NCBI GenBank assembly: GCA_022605425.2
Contig: CM061250.1
Coordinates: 744,001-808,000, forward strand
DNA from: Hamiltosporidium tvaerminnensis FI-OER-3-3
Taxonomy: Eukaryota; Fungi; Microsporidia
DNA length: 64,000 nucleotides
Reading direction: 5' to 3'
The notes below the pieces were generated by a model. It ran no database searches and was not told the DNA's origin. It saw only the letters and a program-made list of their open reading frames with translations. Positions 23,401 to 37,092 of this stretch are shown here, in pieces (position 1 is the stretch's first letter; each line of letters starts with the position of its first letter). The position numbers were made by a program, and so were the translations under genes.

Positions 23401-26400
23401 TCAATTTTTTTTTCTAAATTTCTATGAAGTTCTTAAACGATAAAAATAGTCTAAAATGTCTTCAAAGCAAAAAAATATATTAACACTCTAAATAATTTAT
23501 CTAACACGTACATTCTTTGAAAAAATACTTCAATTTAAGTTCTAGGTAACATAAGTTTTTTCATAAAAACTCATTTAATGAAATTAATCTAATGAATGAT
23601 TCAATTATTTTAAGATTTTTTAATAGTTGCTGCTTAATTTACACGCTTTCTTTAGAATTTTACAAGTGTAAAATTAGTTTGAAGCGTTTGGTATGATCTC
23701 TGTACAAACCAAACACATCGTAACTAATCATAAATTGGGTTTTTGGGATTATATTCTGTGTTTGTTATAACGACATATATACTTTGGTTTATTGTTTATT
23801 TATGGAAATTTCAATAATACAAAATTTATTAAAAACATAAAAAGTTCTTATAGTTCTTGTTTTAAAATGTTTTCTGCCTTTTTGACAAGTTTTTACCGTC
23901 TAATTCTCTTTTTTGTTTAAAAGAAAACATTTTTTGCGATTTTTCGTTCACAATTATGTGTCATTCAATTCTATGATTTTTTTTGAGATTATGTTTTTTT
24001 ATATTAAAGTATTTTCTTGAGCAATGTATGAATTATTTAAATCATTCTGCTGTTTTTGTTCTCTAAAGTATTTGTTCATTTTGTCAGTTTTATGTTTAAG
24101 CATCAGTTATCTTTGTAAATTAAGAAGAAGATTCTTTTTTTTGATTTTATATGTTTTTCTAATATATATTTTTATGTTCTGTGATATTAGAGTTTTAAAA
24201 TATATTCTATGGTTATTTTTTTAAATAAAAATAAAAGTTTTTAGATAATACACTTTATAGAATAAAATTTAACATTTGACTTAACACTTTAAGTATAATT
24301 GATTTTCGCTGGCGCTATTTGTTTCATAATTTTTACGTAAATTTTAAATAAGGTTTGAATCGACTGATGGCAAATTATTAATTTTCATCGCTAAATATAA
24401 CTGAATTCAAATTTAACTACCGCTCGTTTTTATTTTTATCTAGCTTTTCCTTTTAGAGTGTATGAATTCTGCAAAATTCAGAAGAAATTTACTCTTAGTC
24501 GTTTTGAATTGATTTATACGTAAAAAACTAAAAATTGAATTATATTATCGAATTGGATGTTTTTTTTGTCATCTAGAGTAGTTTAACAGCATAAAATCTG
24601 TTCAAATAACGAAGCTAGTGATATAAAACACGATTCTGCTAGAAATAGCAAATATTTTTAATTCGTTTCCTATTATAAAATTAAAAAAATGTTGTTTTTT
24701 ACGAAATATGAAAATATTCATAGAATCGCAAGTATTAAAATAAATCCATGATAAATTTTGACTTTAAACGTTGAATCTCTTAATTTTTTCACTCTAGATA
24801 AAATTTAAGATTGGAATAGCCCTAAAGGGCTACTATGGTTATACATTTAGATATAAAAACTGTTTTATTAAATGTTCCTGGCTTTTAGGTAAACATATGT
24901 TTCATTTATTATCATATAATAGAAATTTAAAGTAAAATCAAATGAGTATAAGCTAAAAAGTTTGAATACATTTTGAGTAATATCTTAAGACTTTATTTAT
25001 GAAATGCGAACACATTGAATTATCATATATTTTAACGTTTTTTTTTAAACCAACAAACAAGTGATAAATTTATTTTAAAAAATATTTTGATTTCTAACTA
25101 TATAGATTTCATAGTTTTTAATAATATAGACGAACATAATTAAAAAAAAATTCATTTTTTATACTATATAAAGATTATTTTCGTTATTTAAATTCGCTGT
25201 TATATTCATTTCTAGTATAAAAAACTGCCATAATTTAATTCGGGGCCATACATACTAAAAAAAATAGTTTTCACGGAAAGTTTGAAATTAAAAATAGAAG
25301 ACATTATGCCGCATTTTATTATACACTGAGTTTTCTCTGTCTCTACTTCTCAAAAGTTATAAAAAAATTCACATAAACTTATGAAAACTTATTTGAACTT
25401 ATTTAAAATCCGAAGATGCTATATAAAATGTTTTCGGAACTTTTAAAATCTTCTATTTTTACTTTCGATACATTTTCTATAAACAGATTCATAATTTTTT
25501 AGAGTTTTTACTATGTTCCACTGTTTTTCTTGATTATAAACACTTTATAAAGTACAAAATGTCAGTTAAATTTTAATATTATAAATCTAAAATAAACTTT
25601 AATGTATTTTAAGCTTTTATACTTTTCAAATTGTGTATTTATCTTGCGTAAGTTCTATTCTAGGTTTGCTGATGTAAAATATAGAAACGATTTGCATATC
25701 AAGTATGATAACAAAGTTGTTAATGATAATAATATAGGGGATCCCCAAAAAACAGCATCCGAATAATTTTTTTTGGGTTTTTTGAAAATAACTAATTTTC
25801 TTCATTTTATTTTTCGACTTCATAATTCCTTTTTAGATTTAAACTTCTTATTTTTTGCTTTTTAACTCGATCGGTTTCCTCTTTACCAATAAAAGCATAA
25901 ATATAATTATTTCCAGTTCTCTCTATAAAAAATTCATAGTATCTGTATGTTTTGCCTTTAGCCGCTTGCAAAATCTATCAAGGAGAACGGAATAAGCGGA
26001 GAATATAATATAAAATACACATATCCTAAATGCCGAATATGCCGCAATATATGTCGAAAAACTTTCAGTATAAAATAAAAGTCATGTTTCCGCGGTCTAA
26101 TATTGTAACAAGATTGGCTTTAAATCTATTAAAACTTGGAAAAAATGCTAGACTAAATCTAGGATTCTTGTTATTGTTATATTTAGCTCAACTATGCAAT
26201 CCTTAGATTTTTGCGTATATGAAACGCAAATTTGTTTGTTCAAGTTTCTATGCTTTTTTATAGAATCCAATGGATTTGGGTTTTTTGGTACCTTATATTC
26301 ATATTGCTTCATATCAATTCTAAGTGCTGAATAGTGTATACCCCCGTTAAAAACCTTCTGTTGGGTAATTAATGTGTACAATTTGTATTAAAATCATTGC

Positions 26401-28279
26401 TGCTATTATGTTAGGATATAACCCACACTGGATAATTACGCCAATCCCCTATAATGTAGAGTTACATCTGGTTTAAAAGAAACAAATAAAAAACATTCAT
26501 TTTTTCATCTTCTACTCTGAAAGGTAAAAGAGTAACAGAACAAGTAAGAAATAGGTAATCAATAGCGAGAATTATAAAATCTTACAAAATGGTTAAGAAA
26601 AATTTACCGCATTTATATGTCTTCTATTGGTTTTATAAAATCGTAAACAGGTAAGAAAGTATTGCTCTTAGAATTTGGGATTTGTGATTAGTGCTTAGGT
26701 CGTTAATTTAACTCAATCACTTTTATTTAGTCTGAATGTATGAATTTCCCTTTAAATAAAAATAACAAACATTGGATTATAGCAGACTAATCAAATTTAA
26801 ATAGTTACATTGATAAATTTATCATTATGTTGTATAATTCAAAACTAAAAATAATAAAATAGATCAAAATAAGAGAAAAATGTAATATTGTTATTTTTTT
26901 AATGTAATTTTGCCTATTATTTCTTGATTTTTTACACTATTCGTTAATTTGATTTTTGGCTAATTTATAATAATATCAGCACTGAGTTGATTGTAGGTTA
27001 AAAATTCTTTGGAGCTTCTTGTTATACTAATTCGGCGATGCTTTTTAAAATAGTAATATCAACAAATTTTTTCTTAATAAAGATTCAAATAATGGATTTC
27101 TTAGATTGATATTTTTTTTAAACTATTGTCATATATAAGCGTATTTTTTTTCTTTTTATGTATTTCGATAAAAACAAAGAATCTTGGCTGATAAATTCAG
27201 TACTCATGTTTTTGCCTTAGGCGATCTCCTTTTCATTAACTATTCCTTGGGATTTAATGCTTAAGTAGTCGTATAATTTATTGCTACTAAATTGATCAAG
27301 ATACTCGAGAATACTTCTTTTAGCAAATTATAAATTTGTATAGATTAGTAATATTCTCTTTTTACGCAATGTTTGTGTTATAATTTTGAGCGAATCTTGG
27401 TTTTCACATAATTTTCTGCTTAAATAAATTATCTGCAGGTTTTCGCAGAGATTATAATGGATAGTTTATCGAATTCTTACAAGAAATTGATTCTACCCCT
27501 TATTATGGTTTTATTTTGCTGATTCTTCTTTTTTAATGTTGTTATACATCAGAAGTATAAACTTAGTGCATGTGGGACTTTTATATTCGCTATATGCATA
27601 TTATTTGGCGTTCTTTAGACGTTTTCATTGAATTTGTGCGATCTGCATGCTAACCTTGACTTTTTGTTTTGACACATATATGCTTCAAACAGTTTGTTAG
27701 CGCCTAAATATAGCACTGTATTTATATCGGTCTGTATAATATGTAAAGCACAATGAGACACTGGTCACACATACCAAATCTTGGCTTACAAGTAACTAAA
27801 ATTATTCTCTAAAGTTTTTTTGTATTTAAATGAGAGTATATAACATTGTAATGTGGGAAATTTTCGTTATAAACTGTAATGTTTTTAAATTATAAAGGAA
27901 AGCACAAAGAAAAGAGTTAAACTGTATAAAAAAAACAATTTTTATATAAGCGACAGTGGAAACAATCTAGAATCAAAATGTATAATGGAAATGTACATTT
28001 AGTTTATTGCATAACTATTAGGTATTAATTCAGATGTTCATATGCTTCGCTCATAAACTTTCATAACTTTTTTTGTCTTTTTGCGTTTTTGTAGGTTGGA
28101 TAATTATTTTTCTTTTTCTTAAAATTTTTCTAACTCAAAAGTACAAATCATTTTATATATGGAGTATTGTGTCAAAGTAAGAATCGTTTCCGATATATTG
28201 TTTTTGCGAATTAAGACATTTTATTTTCATTTTGGTCCGGAATTATTTCCCTATTAGGGAATGTTTCTTAAAAGTAAAG

Positions 28280-28988
28280 GTGGAGAATGGATAAGACCAT
28301 TTAAAACTTTTTTCTTTTCAATGAGTATACAAGATTAATGTATGAAATCATTATTTAGATTTTTGGCTGGAATAAAACCAGACTATATTTTGTTTATCTA
28401 TGGAATTTGTATCAGAATGAAGTCTACGAAATTTCGAAACTTTTATGCGAATTTATTCTGTAGTTTTTTATGTAAATAGTTGGCAGATCGCAGCTAAACG
28501 TGTAAGAAATCGCCGTTAGAAAGCAAAGGAACTTAGGCTTTCACAATCGAGTTGGAAAACTTAGTACCTGAGAGATATAAAAAAACCCGTTTACAGCCGG
28601 GAAAGCTACAATTTAGAATATATTGTTGGTATGACATTGCCTAGCTAATTTGATCCATGTAAGTCACCGAGATATATCTTGGCAAAGAGTTCACTAGATC
28701 TGGTAGTGTAGAGTAATTCGAGAGGCTGTATAGTCACGGGAGGTCCGGGGATAAGATTCAGCACTCTCACGCTCTCTGCTACGAACATTAGCGAACACCA
28801 GGCAACAGTCTCATTTATTAAATAGGTGCTACATATCTTCTAGATGAAAGGCTCTGAGGTTAAGGTATCGTAGGGGATATTTATGGAGTGTTGCAGGGCA
28901 ATAGTAGTAAAACCTAGAACTGCGTTAATGCCATAAAAAAATTAACTTTTGCCACTGTTTATAAATGATGTAATATTTTTTTAATAAA
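28280..28988 (+). mobile_element. Diverged full-length copy of the 720-bp SINE-like family
   Basis: Colinear with the reverse complement of copy 1 (GTGGAG..GGATAA, GGCAGATCGCAGCT, GGAAAGCTA, TGTTGGTATGACATTGC, AGGTATCG.AGGGG, AAACCTAGAACTGCGTTAATG.CATAAAAA). Confidence 0.85.
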
Positions 28989-29000
28989 TACTTTGAAATA

Positions 29001-32000
29001 TTGTTTAATAAAATTCTGGATTAACAAGTTTTTCATTTTTAAATATTTCTTTTCAAAATTTCAAACACTTCTATCTCTTCCTCGAAGTCCGACTCTTCGT
29101 TGATATTTATCGTCGTTTCCTTGACCTTGGTTACGCCCCCTAAAATAAAGAGTAAAGTATTTTTTGTATCTTCCGTTCAAACATCATCTTCCTCGTTTTA
29201 ATTACTTTAAAAGAGGTGTTAGTTGTTTATGCATCTTCGCTCTTTGTATAAAACCTTATGACGCTCTCGCTTTAGCTCTTTTTGGCTTTTGGGACAGACC
29301 CAAGTCTTCTTCGTCGATCATAAAAAATAGTTTCAACCCTCTTCTTAAGTACTATGAAATGTATATATGCCACTACATTTCTGGGTATTTGTAGTCTTTT
29401 AATATATGTATTATTGTATTTTGTTATAATATCGTCAAGCGTTATCACATATGTAATTATCCCTATAATACATTTATAAATTAGACCTAAAACCTTTGCT
29501 AATAAGTAATACTTCCTGAGCTCTTCTGTTTAAACCGTTTGAAGAGTGTCTTAAGGTGTGATTCCGACTTCAATAAATGGTATCCTATACTTCTTTTTAT
29601 CATAAAGAAATATATCGGGTCTATTACACCGAATTTTAACATCTGTTCTTATCCTGGTGTCTACTCTTATCTCCGCATACTCATTTTCAAGAAATTCTTA
29701 GATCGAGTGGTTTCTAATTCGTTTTTAAGACTTAAAATTATATTTATTAAGCCGAAGTAAATGTATACATCATACCACCTCATCATTTCGTCTAGTATTT
29801 TCGTGACCAAGCATTTTTTAAAATCTCGCTGCTAAGTGATTTATTGTTTTATAGACTGGATGCGGTGTTAGACATAATTTCTGCGCATCAGAATACATTT
29901 CTATCATGAATATAGCAGAAAACTGCTGTATCGCGTGGTCTTACACTTTCTTTCTTTGCCCACCTTGAGGTGTCATTTACAATTACCCGCTCATTATTTC
30001 TAGCATTATATAACTTTGAATGGAGTTTTTGGTTTGATTTCGTTATATAGGTTATCTAGTTGTAAATCCTCTAATTCCTTCTTTGTAATTTTTTATTCTA
30101 ATCCGTATTTTATTTTTAAAAAATTTTAATTTGTGAAAAGTGGAGTTCATTATTATTCTAAACCTTTAGGATTGTTGCTCTTGTAGTCGATGTATCTTTA
30201 TGTGTTTTTATAGACAATCTAAGAGTGGCAAAAGCGTATATTAGCTTTGGAACTCGACGCTATTTAAACCTTTTCTCAGGTTCTTTACGTAAATTCATAA
30301 GACGTATTTTACACCTCAGGCTAGATATAAATTGTTCTTTACTAACACTGCACGCAGCGCATCATCTAACTTAGAGAACTAAGTCGGTTCCAGTCTATGC
30401 AATCCCATGTGATGGTTTAGTAAAAAAATAGCAGGTTTATTGATGGTTTAAAATAAATTTTTTGCATCCATGCTTATGCAAGAGAGTCTTTCTACTCATG
30501 CTATAAGTTTAGTCTGTAATTTCTTAAACGACTGACTGATTGAAATTACTCTGCTATCTTCTATTATTCCAGTGTATTTATAACAACCTTTTCCTTCAAG
30601 AAGAGTACAGTATCTTTACAACATAGATCAGTCACGGCTGACATATCTTTATTTATTTCCCATCCTATATTATTCATAAATTTCTTAACCTCTCCGCCAT
30701 TTATTCCAGTGTTTTGTCAATCTTTTGCAAGGAGCTTAAGATCATCAATAAAAAAAAGATGATTAGTCGCGTGAGATTCCAAATCTTTTATTATTGTACC
30801 CTTTGTATTTCTCATTAAGCTTTCGGTCAATAGAGCCATACACAATACCAACCACAATGATGAGAAACTATCATCCTGCAAAATTTCTCAGATTTTCTTG
30901 TTCATGATTTTTTAAAATCCAACTGAAATATCAATTTTCTATTTTGATATTTTTCTTTAATGAATTTCAGACCCCAAGCAGGAAAATCAGAGTGTTCAAT
31001 GCATGAAGTAAAATAAGCATTATCTAATGAATAATAAACTTTTGGGACATCAATCCATGTTGCCTTAAGCTTGCTTCTGTACTATTTATTAATAGGAACA
31101 TTCATATGTGCCTGTTCTTTTGCTCCTTGCACCCCTCTAACCTTTCCAAACTGATTATCTAAAAAAACTCTCGTCTTTCCACCCAAGTTGTTAAAATTTG
31201 AAATAGGTTTTGTTGTCAGTTTGTACAAGTTTAGAATCGAGTATTCGTTCGTTGATTATATTAATTTTTTGTTTAGCTCTAAGTATCGGAACATTAATTT
31301 TCCATCCTACTAGTCGGCTTGAGTTGTACTTTCTAAACATATAACTTTTACAATATTGTAAAGATATTTATGAAAATTCATAATTTTCTTGTGTTAAATG
31401 TTTTTCATACTGTCAATTCAAGCGGCTTTAAAGTTAAGCAACCAATTGATGATATCTATTAACTTTTCGAGCGAAAGAAACAGGATATAAGAACTATCGT
31501 CACCAAAAACATTATATATTCAATATTCGTAACTACAGTATCATTTTGTCTAACATTGTAGACCAAAATTCTAAAATTTCGTTACGATTAATTGCATGCA
31601 TTGATTAAACGCGCTCGTACACCAGCTATTTTATTGGCCTCGGTATAATCGAACATAAGATTCTCCTTTCGGGATCTCATACTCTCATACATCGTAATTT
31701 TTTTCTCGTAAACATTCAAGGACATATTCTTCTTAACTAAAGCCTCAGAAAGATCATTTGTTTTGCTTAAGTCAAAATGTAACTCTCGCATAATTTTTCC
31801 GATACTTTTTGTTTGGAAAGAAGAGAGTTTTTTCTGCCTATAAACCTTCATAAGAAGAACTTTTAAAATTATTGACTCGGAGATTTAACTTTCTATGTTC
31901 TCCTTCCTAGCGGATCTAGGTTTAGTCTTACTTTTCTTTTCGTCCTGGCATACCAGAGATGCCTCAATGATACGAGTTGCATCAGTAACAGTCTTGAGTA

Positions 32001-32910
32001 AATAATATTTAGAATATGAACCTATGATGTGATCAATTGTTAAAACGCCATACTATCAACTAATTCACTTAATTATTTCTAGTTCAGACCACTACTTTTC
32101 TGATTTCTTTCTCCGAGAGTTCCCTAATTTTACACGAGAACTTCTTTCTCGGGTTAATATAAAGTGTAGTGTCAGTTAAGAAAATGGCTCAGTGGGAAAA
32201 ATGGCATATCTACGTCGCTCTTTATTCTCGTCTTGCATAATTTTCCTTTCTGCTTCATTTTGTTCTATTTTTTATAAAACATCGATATCTAATATGCAGC
32301 CGAATTTCTCATTAGTACCTCAGAGTTGCAGGCCAGCCATGTCTGGGCATTCTCTCAAACCTCTTTTGCACAGCTAGAATAACAGATCTAGGCTATTCCT
32401 GCTCTACGACTTTGAAGAGTCAGGCATTGAATGCAATACAATTACTAACTTTCTTATTGGAATAGCAGGTGCTTTTAGGTTTTTCCTGGTGTCGGCTGAT
32501 CTAAAAGCAGAAGAATCAGAGACAGGAACACTGGGTATGAACTAGAACGAATAGACAGAGAGCCTGACAATTATTGCTTGATTGTTACTATACATTGTTA
32601 TAGATGGTTGTTTTGTTGGAAGCTTTTCGAAAAATTTACTAAATCTGTATTAATAGATCATTCTTCTCAAAATAGTTTCCGACTTGTTCACAGCTTGCTT
32701 TTTAATTTTTCCTATTTTAGCTGTTTACTTTTTTTCTTTTTACCCATTCATTTTTTTTTAAAAAACAAACCACAATAAATATTTTTTTTATTCTATTTGA
32801 ATATTTTAACAAAAAAACCTACCATTTAAGAGAGGTGATTGACCAATTTGCCGTTCGACGCTAAATTGGACATTGTCCTCTTTGACTTTTCAAAATTTTT
32901 GAACTATAAA
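29001..32910 (-). mobile_element. Degenerate, near-full-length RLE-type non-LTR retrotransposon
   Basis: Colinear with 57430..61187, e.g. DLSEALVKKN.SLNVYEKKITM, GVQGAKEQA, LKATWIDV and the NHL.FIDDLKLLAKD RT motif. ATG GGT AAA start at 32747; many stops and frameshifts. Confidence 0.9.
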
Positions 32911-33413
32911 GTACTCAAGGCAGATACTATAACTTGGATCTGATATTCTAAAAACATATTTTTTTTGTCTGGTTTAAATCTTCTCATTTCATATATAAAA
33001 TTTTAAAATATTACTATATTGTTTTACTTTTCAATATACAGTTTTATACATAGCTACGCGCAGTAAATTATTTATCGAATAGAACACTTAAATAAGTTTT
33101 TCTTGTAATCTTGGTTATAAGTAAATGTATTGGCTTTTGCAATTACGTAATAAAATAAAGCGCTTTTGTTCTGTATGAAATACTAAACTTATAAAAAATT
33201 ACTAAAACTTTTTTTTAATAGATTCTTTACGTAATAGTTGAAAATGTTTTTTATAAAAAAAAATATTAAAGTTGTAGAAACTTGAGAAAGAATATTTATT
33301 TATGTTCAATTTAAATAATAACCAAAATCAATTGGCAAATTGATAAATTTTTGAAATAAAATCAATACGATAATTTCTAGATTTCCAGCCATATAACTAC
33401 TGCCCCAATTTCT

Positions 33414-35463
33414 TGAGTCACAATAACATAGTGACAAAAATTTACTAATTAGTCTGATGTCATTGTCGCTTATAATATCCTGAGCTTTAACAGTTGAAAT
33501 ATTGCCTTTGGTTCTTTTTTATTAAAACTCAGTAGTTATTTTTTTTAGTAAATAAAATACAAAAACCGAAGTTAACGGATATAAGTAATCTGAAGTTTCG
33601 TTTCGAGGAACAACTAGACGAAGTGGGCCTATCGAATACTCAAAACAAACGAATTATAACAAAACAGCAACACATAAAGTCAATAGGAAAGGTTAAAACA
33701 TCTAAAAAAATAAATAGAAAAAAATCTGAAAATTATCAGAGTTACATAGTTTAAATGTGATAACTTTTGGAAGTTGGAAAAACTGATACTAAATGTTCAT
33801 TAAAAGAAATTAAATTTTATGCACATCAGAAGAGTATATTTTAGATTTATCATAATGCAAGTGTTGCACTTTGGCAAAAAGTCGCTCAGTATAAAAAAGA
33901 GATAAATTCAAAGTAAAAAAACATAACTAGAAAAATCATGGCAATATATCGTAATTGCGTGTGCTTTGTGAAAAAAACGCAATGGTCCGAAGAAAGGGTT
34001 GGCATTCGACCGATATTGAGACAAGCATAAACTCAAGATGTCGATTCGATTTAATCGACATGCTTTTACAAACATTTGATCAATATAGATTTATACTTGT
34101 ATACCAAGATCATGTTACTAAAATTATTCGACCCGATTCTTTAAAAAAAACGTGCAGTAGAGGTAGCCTATATAATTTTGGATTTCTTAACCATTTCAGA
34201 TGCATCTTCTTTTTTGCAAAGTGATTATGAACGAGAATTTGCTATAATGCTATTGAAAAACTATATAGAGTATAGCCCGGATTAAAGAAGGTACATATAA
34301 ATTTCATTCACTTCAAATCCGGGGCTTCGTTGAAAGTGCAATTCAATATGTCGAAAATATGCTTTTTACTTAGCTGGAAGACAATAACAGCAAAATATGT
34401 TTAGAAGGATTACGCTTTATTCTGATTATAAAAGTCATATCTTTTCACAGTGGCAAAAAATGTACTTTATGCAGCCATGTTTAGAAAAAAAGTTAAAAAT
34501 AGGTTTTAAGAGTTTTCATTGTAAAGACATTCTACCTAAAAAAATTTTGAAGAAGACTTAGATGTAATATCAATAAATCACAACAATTTACAATCTGTTA
34601 AAGAAACCGTGATGCAATATAAACAAGTCAACATAAAAACAAATAAAAAAAAGAAAGAAAAAATTATGTCTATTGATAGTTATGTTAAATATTTAACTTC
34701 GTTATCTAAATAATGTTCTGATATTCCTAAAAAGAAAGGAACTGAAGCATTTCAGATACATGTGATTTTTCGGTCATTGGTCATGATAACCAGGCTGTGC
34801 TGATTCTGAGAGGGATCTAATTTTGAAATTTGAATTCAGAATTATTAAAAATTAGAAGAATTTGTGCAAGAAACTTAAAAAAACAAGCCGAAAAATATGC
34901 TCAAAAGCTCTAATTAAAAATATTCTAACTTTATAGAGGGTGATATGGGTAAATTTTAAGTTTAGGATGTCGAAAGAAATTTACTTGATGCAAGAACATT
35001 ATGGCGCTTGTTCTCTAATAAGAGATACCCGGTTCTATAAATTAGGCACGCAACATGGCTTCTTAAATTAACTTTATGCGAAAAACCAATTTACAATACG
35101 TAATTCGAAGTTTATTTGTTTCGAAGAAATTCCATAGGCCGAGTTTTTATTAAAAGAATGTGACAGAATGTCATACAGACCAGAGCAAGAGAAATATTCG
35201 ATGTGCTCATATTTGGATCTAAATCTGAAAATATAAGTTTGGTAAAGAAAAAAAATGTCAATGTGAATTTCAAAAGAGTCAAAGCTGCCATAAAAAATAG
35301 ATAATCTTTGATTTGACATTATCCAATATCTATACTGTTTTTTCGTTAAACAACGTATTTTTCATACAATTTACCCTTGATATAATAAATACTCTTGTTT
35401 TTATTCAAAAAAAATATCGAATTGCCATTCACATGAGCCATTATTCAAAGTGACTGTGACTCA
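33414..35463 (+). mobile_element. Decayed integrase-type DNA transposon (Ginger2 / KRBA2-SCAND3-like integrase)
   Basis: NSRCRFDLIDM...YRFILVYQDHVTK..RP in ORF 33955..34224, followed by remnants of the K.AVEVAY..LDF...LQSD.EREF and GFVESA motifs and a Cys-rich end. The boundaries rest only on a weak 9-bp inverted match (TGAGTCACA at 33414 / TGTGACTCA ending 35463). Confidence 0.7.
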
Positions 35464-36354
35464 TACACCATTTTATATTTTTTTGTATGCTTTTTGTCTA
35501 TGATACGTTTTTTTGATTATACATATATAAATCCTTAAAATCCAAGCAAAATCTAGTTTTTTCGGGAATTTCGAATAGAAGCAATTCGAGTAACTGTATT
35601 GAACTCTATCATTGAAATATATTTTTTATAATATTTTCTGCATTCGAATTTCTGAAACTAATAACCAAATCATAAATTCATATTGAAAAGAATTGAAAAT
35701 TCTATACCTATGATCGTACTAGACGCAATAAAATTAGAAAATCATATACATAAAAAAATTCTTCGCTATTTAAATCCCTTGTTTTTTATATTATAGCATG
35801 TAAAATAAAGTATTAAAAGTTATTTCTGCGCATCATAATCACCAGCGAGATAAAAAAAATAAACCAAACCAATTCGAATTTAAAATTCAAGATCAAATAG
35901 GGTTTTCCATTCCATTATGTACAATTTTATTCGGTTTTTTCCTTCTCTAAAGTAGATAAAAAAAATTAAAGAATCTTACCAAATCTAAGTTAAATGTATT
36001 TAAAGATAAAAATATTATAAATACCGTTTTTTCAAACTTTTTATATTTTAAATTTTAATTTCTGATATACGTTCTTATCAAGAGATTCATAATCTTTTTT
36101 CGCGTATTTTCTCCCTTGATTTTCTTTGTTATAGACCCAAGTAATTTATATAAATAAGAGTTTAAATACATGGCTATAAAGCTAAAATAAACTTAAATGT
36201 AGTCCAAGCTTTTAAGTTTTCAACTGATGTTTTATCTTGCGAGGTTTTATTTTTTTTGATTTTAAATATCGAAGAACTTTCAAACATCAGGAAACAGTAA
36301 TAAAGCCCATACAAAAAAAATACAGGAGATATACAGAAACATTACCCGCTTTAA

Positions 36355-37092
36355 TAAATTAATTTTTATTTAAAAGAATCACATCTTTTATAAAATAGTG
36401 GCAAGTGTTATATTTGTTTTTATGACATTAACGCAGTTCTAGGTTTAACATAAATGACTGCTACCCCAACACACCATCGGTAACCCCTGCGATACCTACG
36501 TCCCAAAGCCTTTCATCTACCAGGTGTGTAGAACCTAATTAATAGGCGAGGCAGTTGCCCGGAGTTCGTTAATGTCCGTTGCATGGAGTGTGATCGAAGG
36601 CCGAAGCCCCCCCTGGGCTCCCCCAAGACTATGCAGCATTCCCACTTACTCTACACTTTCGGAACCCAATAAACTTCTAGCTAAGATATATTTCAGCGAA
36701 TTACATGGGGTCCACCTAGACAGTGCAATGTCATACCAACAGGTATAACCTGCTACTTAGCTTTCCTGGCTTTAAATGGTTTTTTGTTTTATATCTCCCA
36801 GGCGCTAAGTCTTCTAACCCGAGTGAGCAAGGCTAGGTTTCCATGCTTTTACATGGCAATTACCTACATGTTCAGCTGCGGTCTGCAATCTGGTTACATA
36901 AAAAACTACAAATAAATTTGTAGAAAAAGTTTCTCCATTTTTTAGACCTCTCCTCCTCATAACAACACCCATGGAACAACCAAAAATGTAGTGTGGTTGT
37001 ATTCCCACCAAAAATCCAAACAATTACCTCACACCAGTTACACCTACTCATTGCCAAGCAGAAAGTTTTTTATGTGGTTATCCTCCCTCCAC
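36355..37092 (-). mobile_element. ~720-bp non-coding SINE-like retroelement, copy 2
   Basis: Nearly identical to copy 1. Flanked by the direct repeat (AC)ATTACCCGCTTTAA (36339-36354 and 37091-37106; 14 bp if the AC belongs to the element). Confidence 0.88.
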
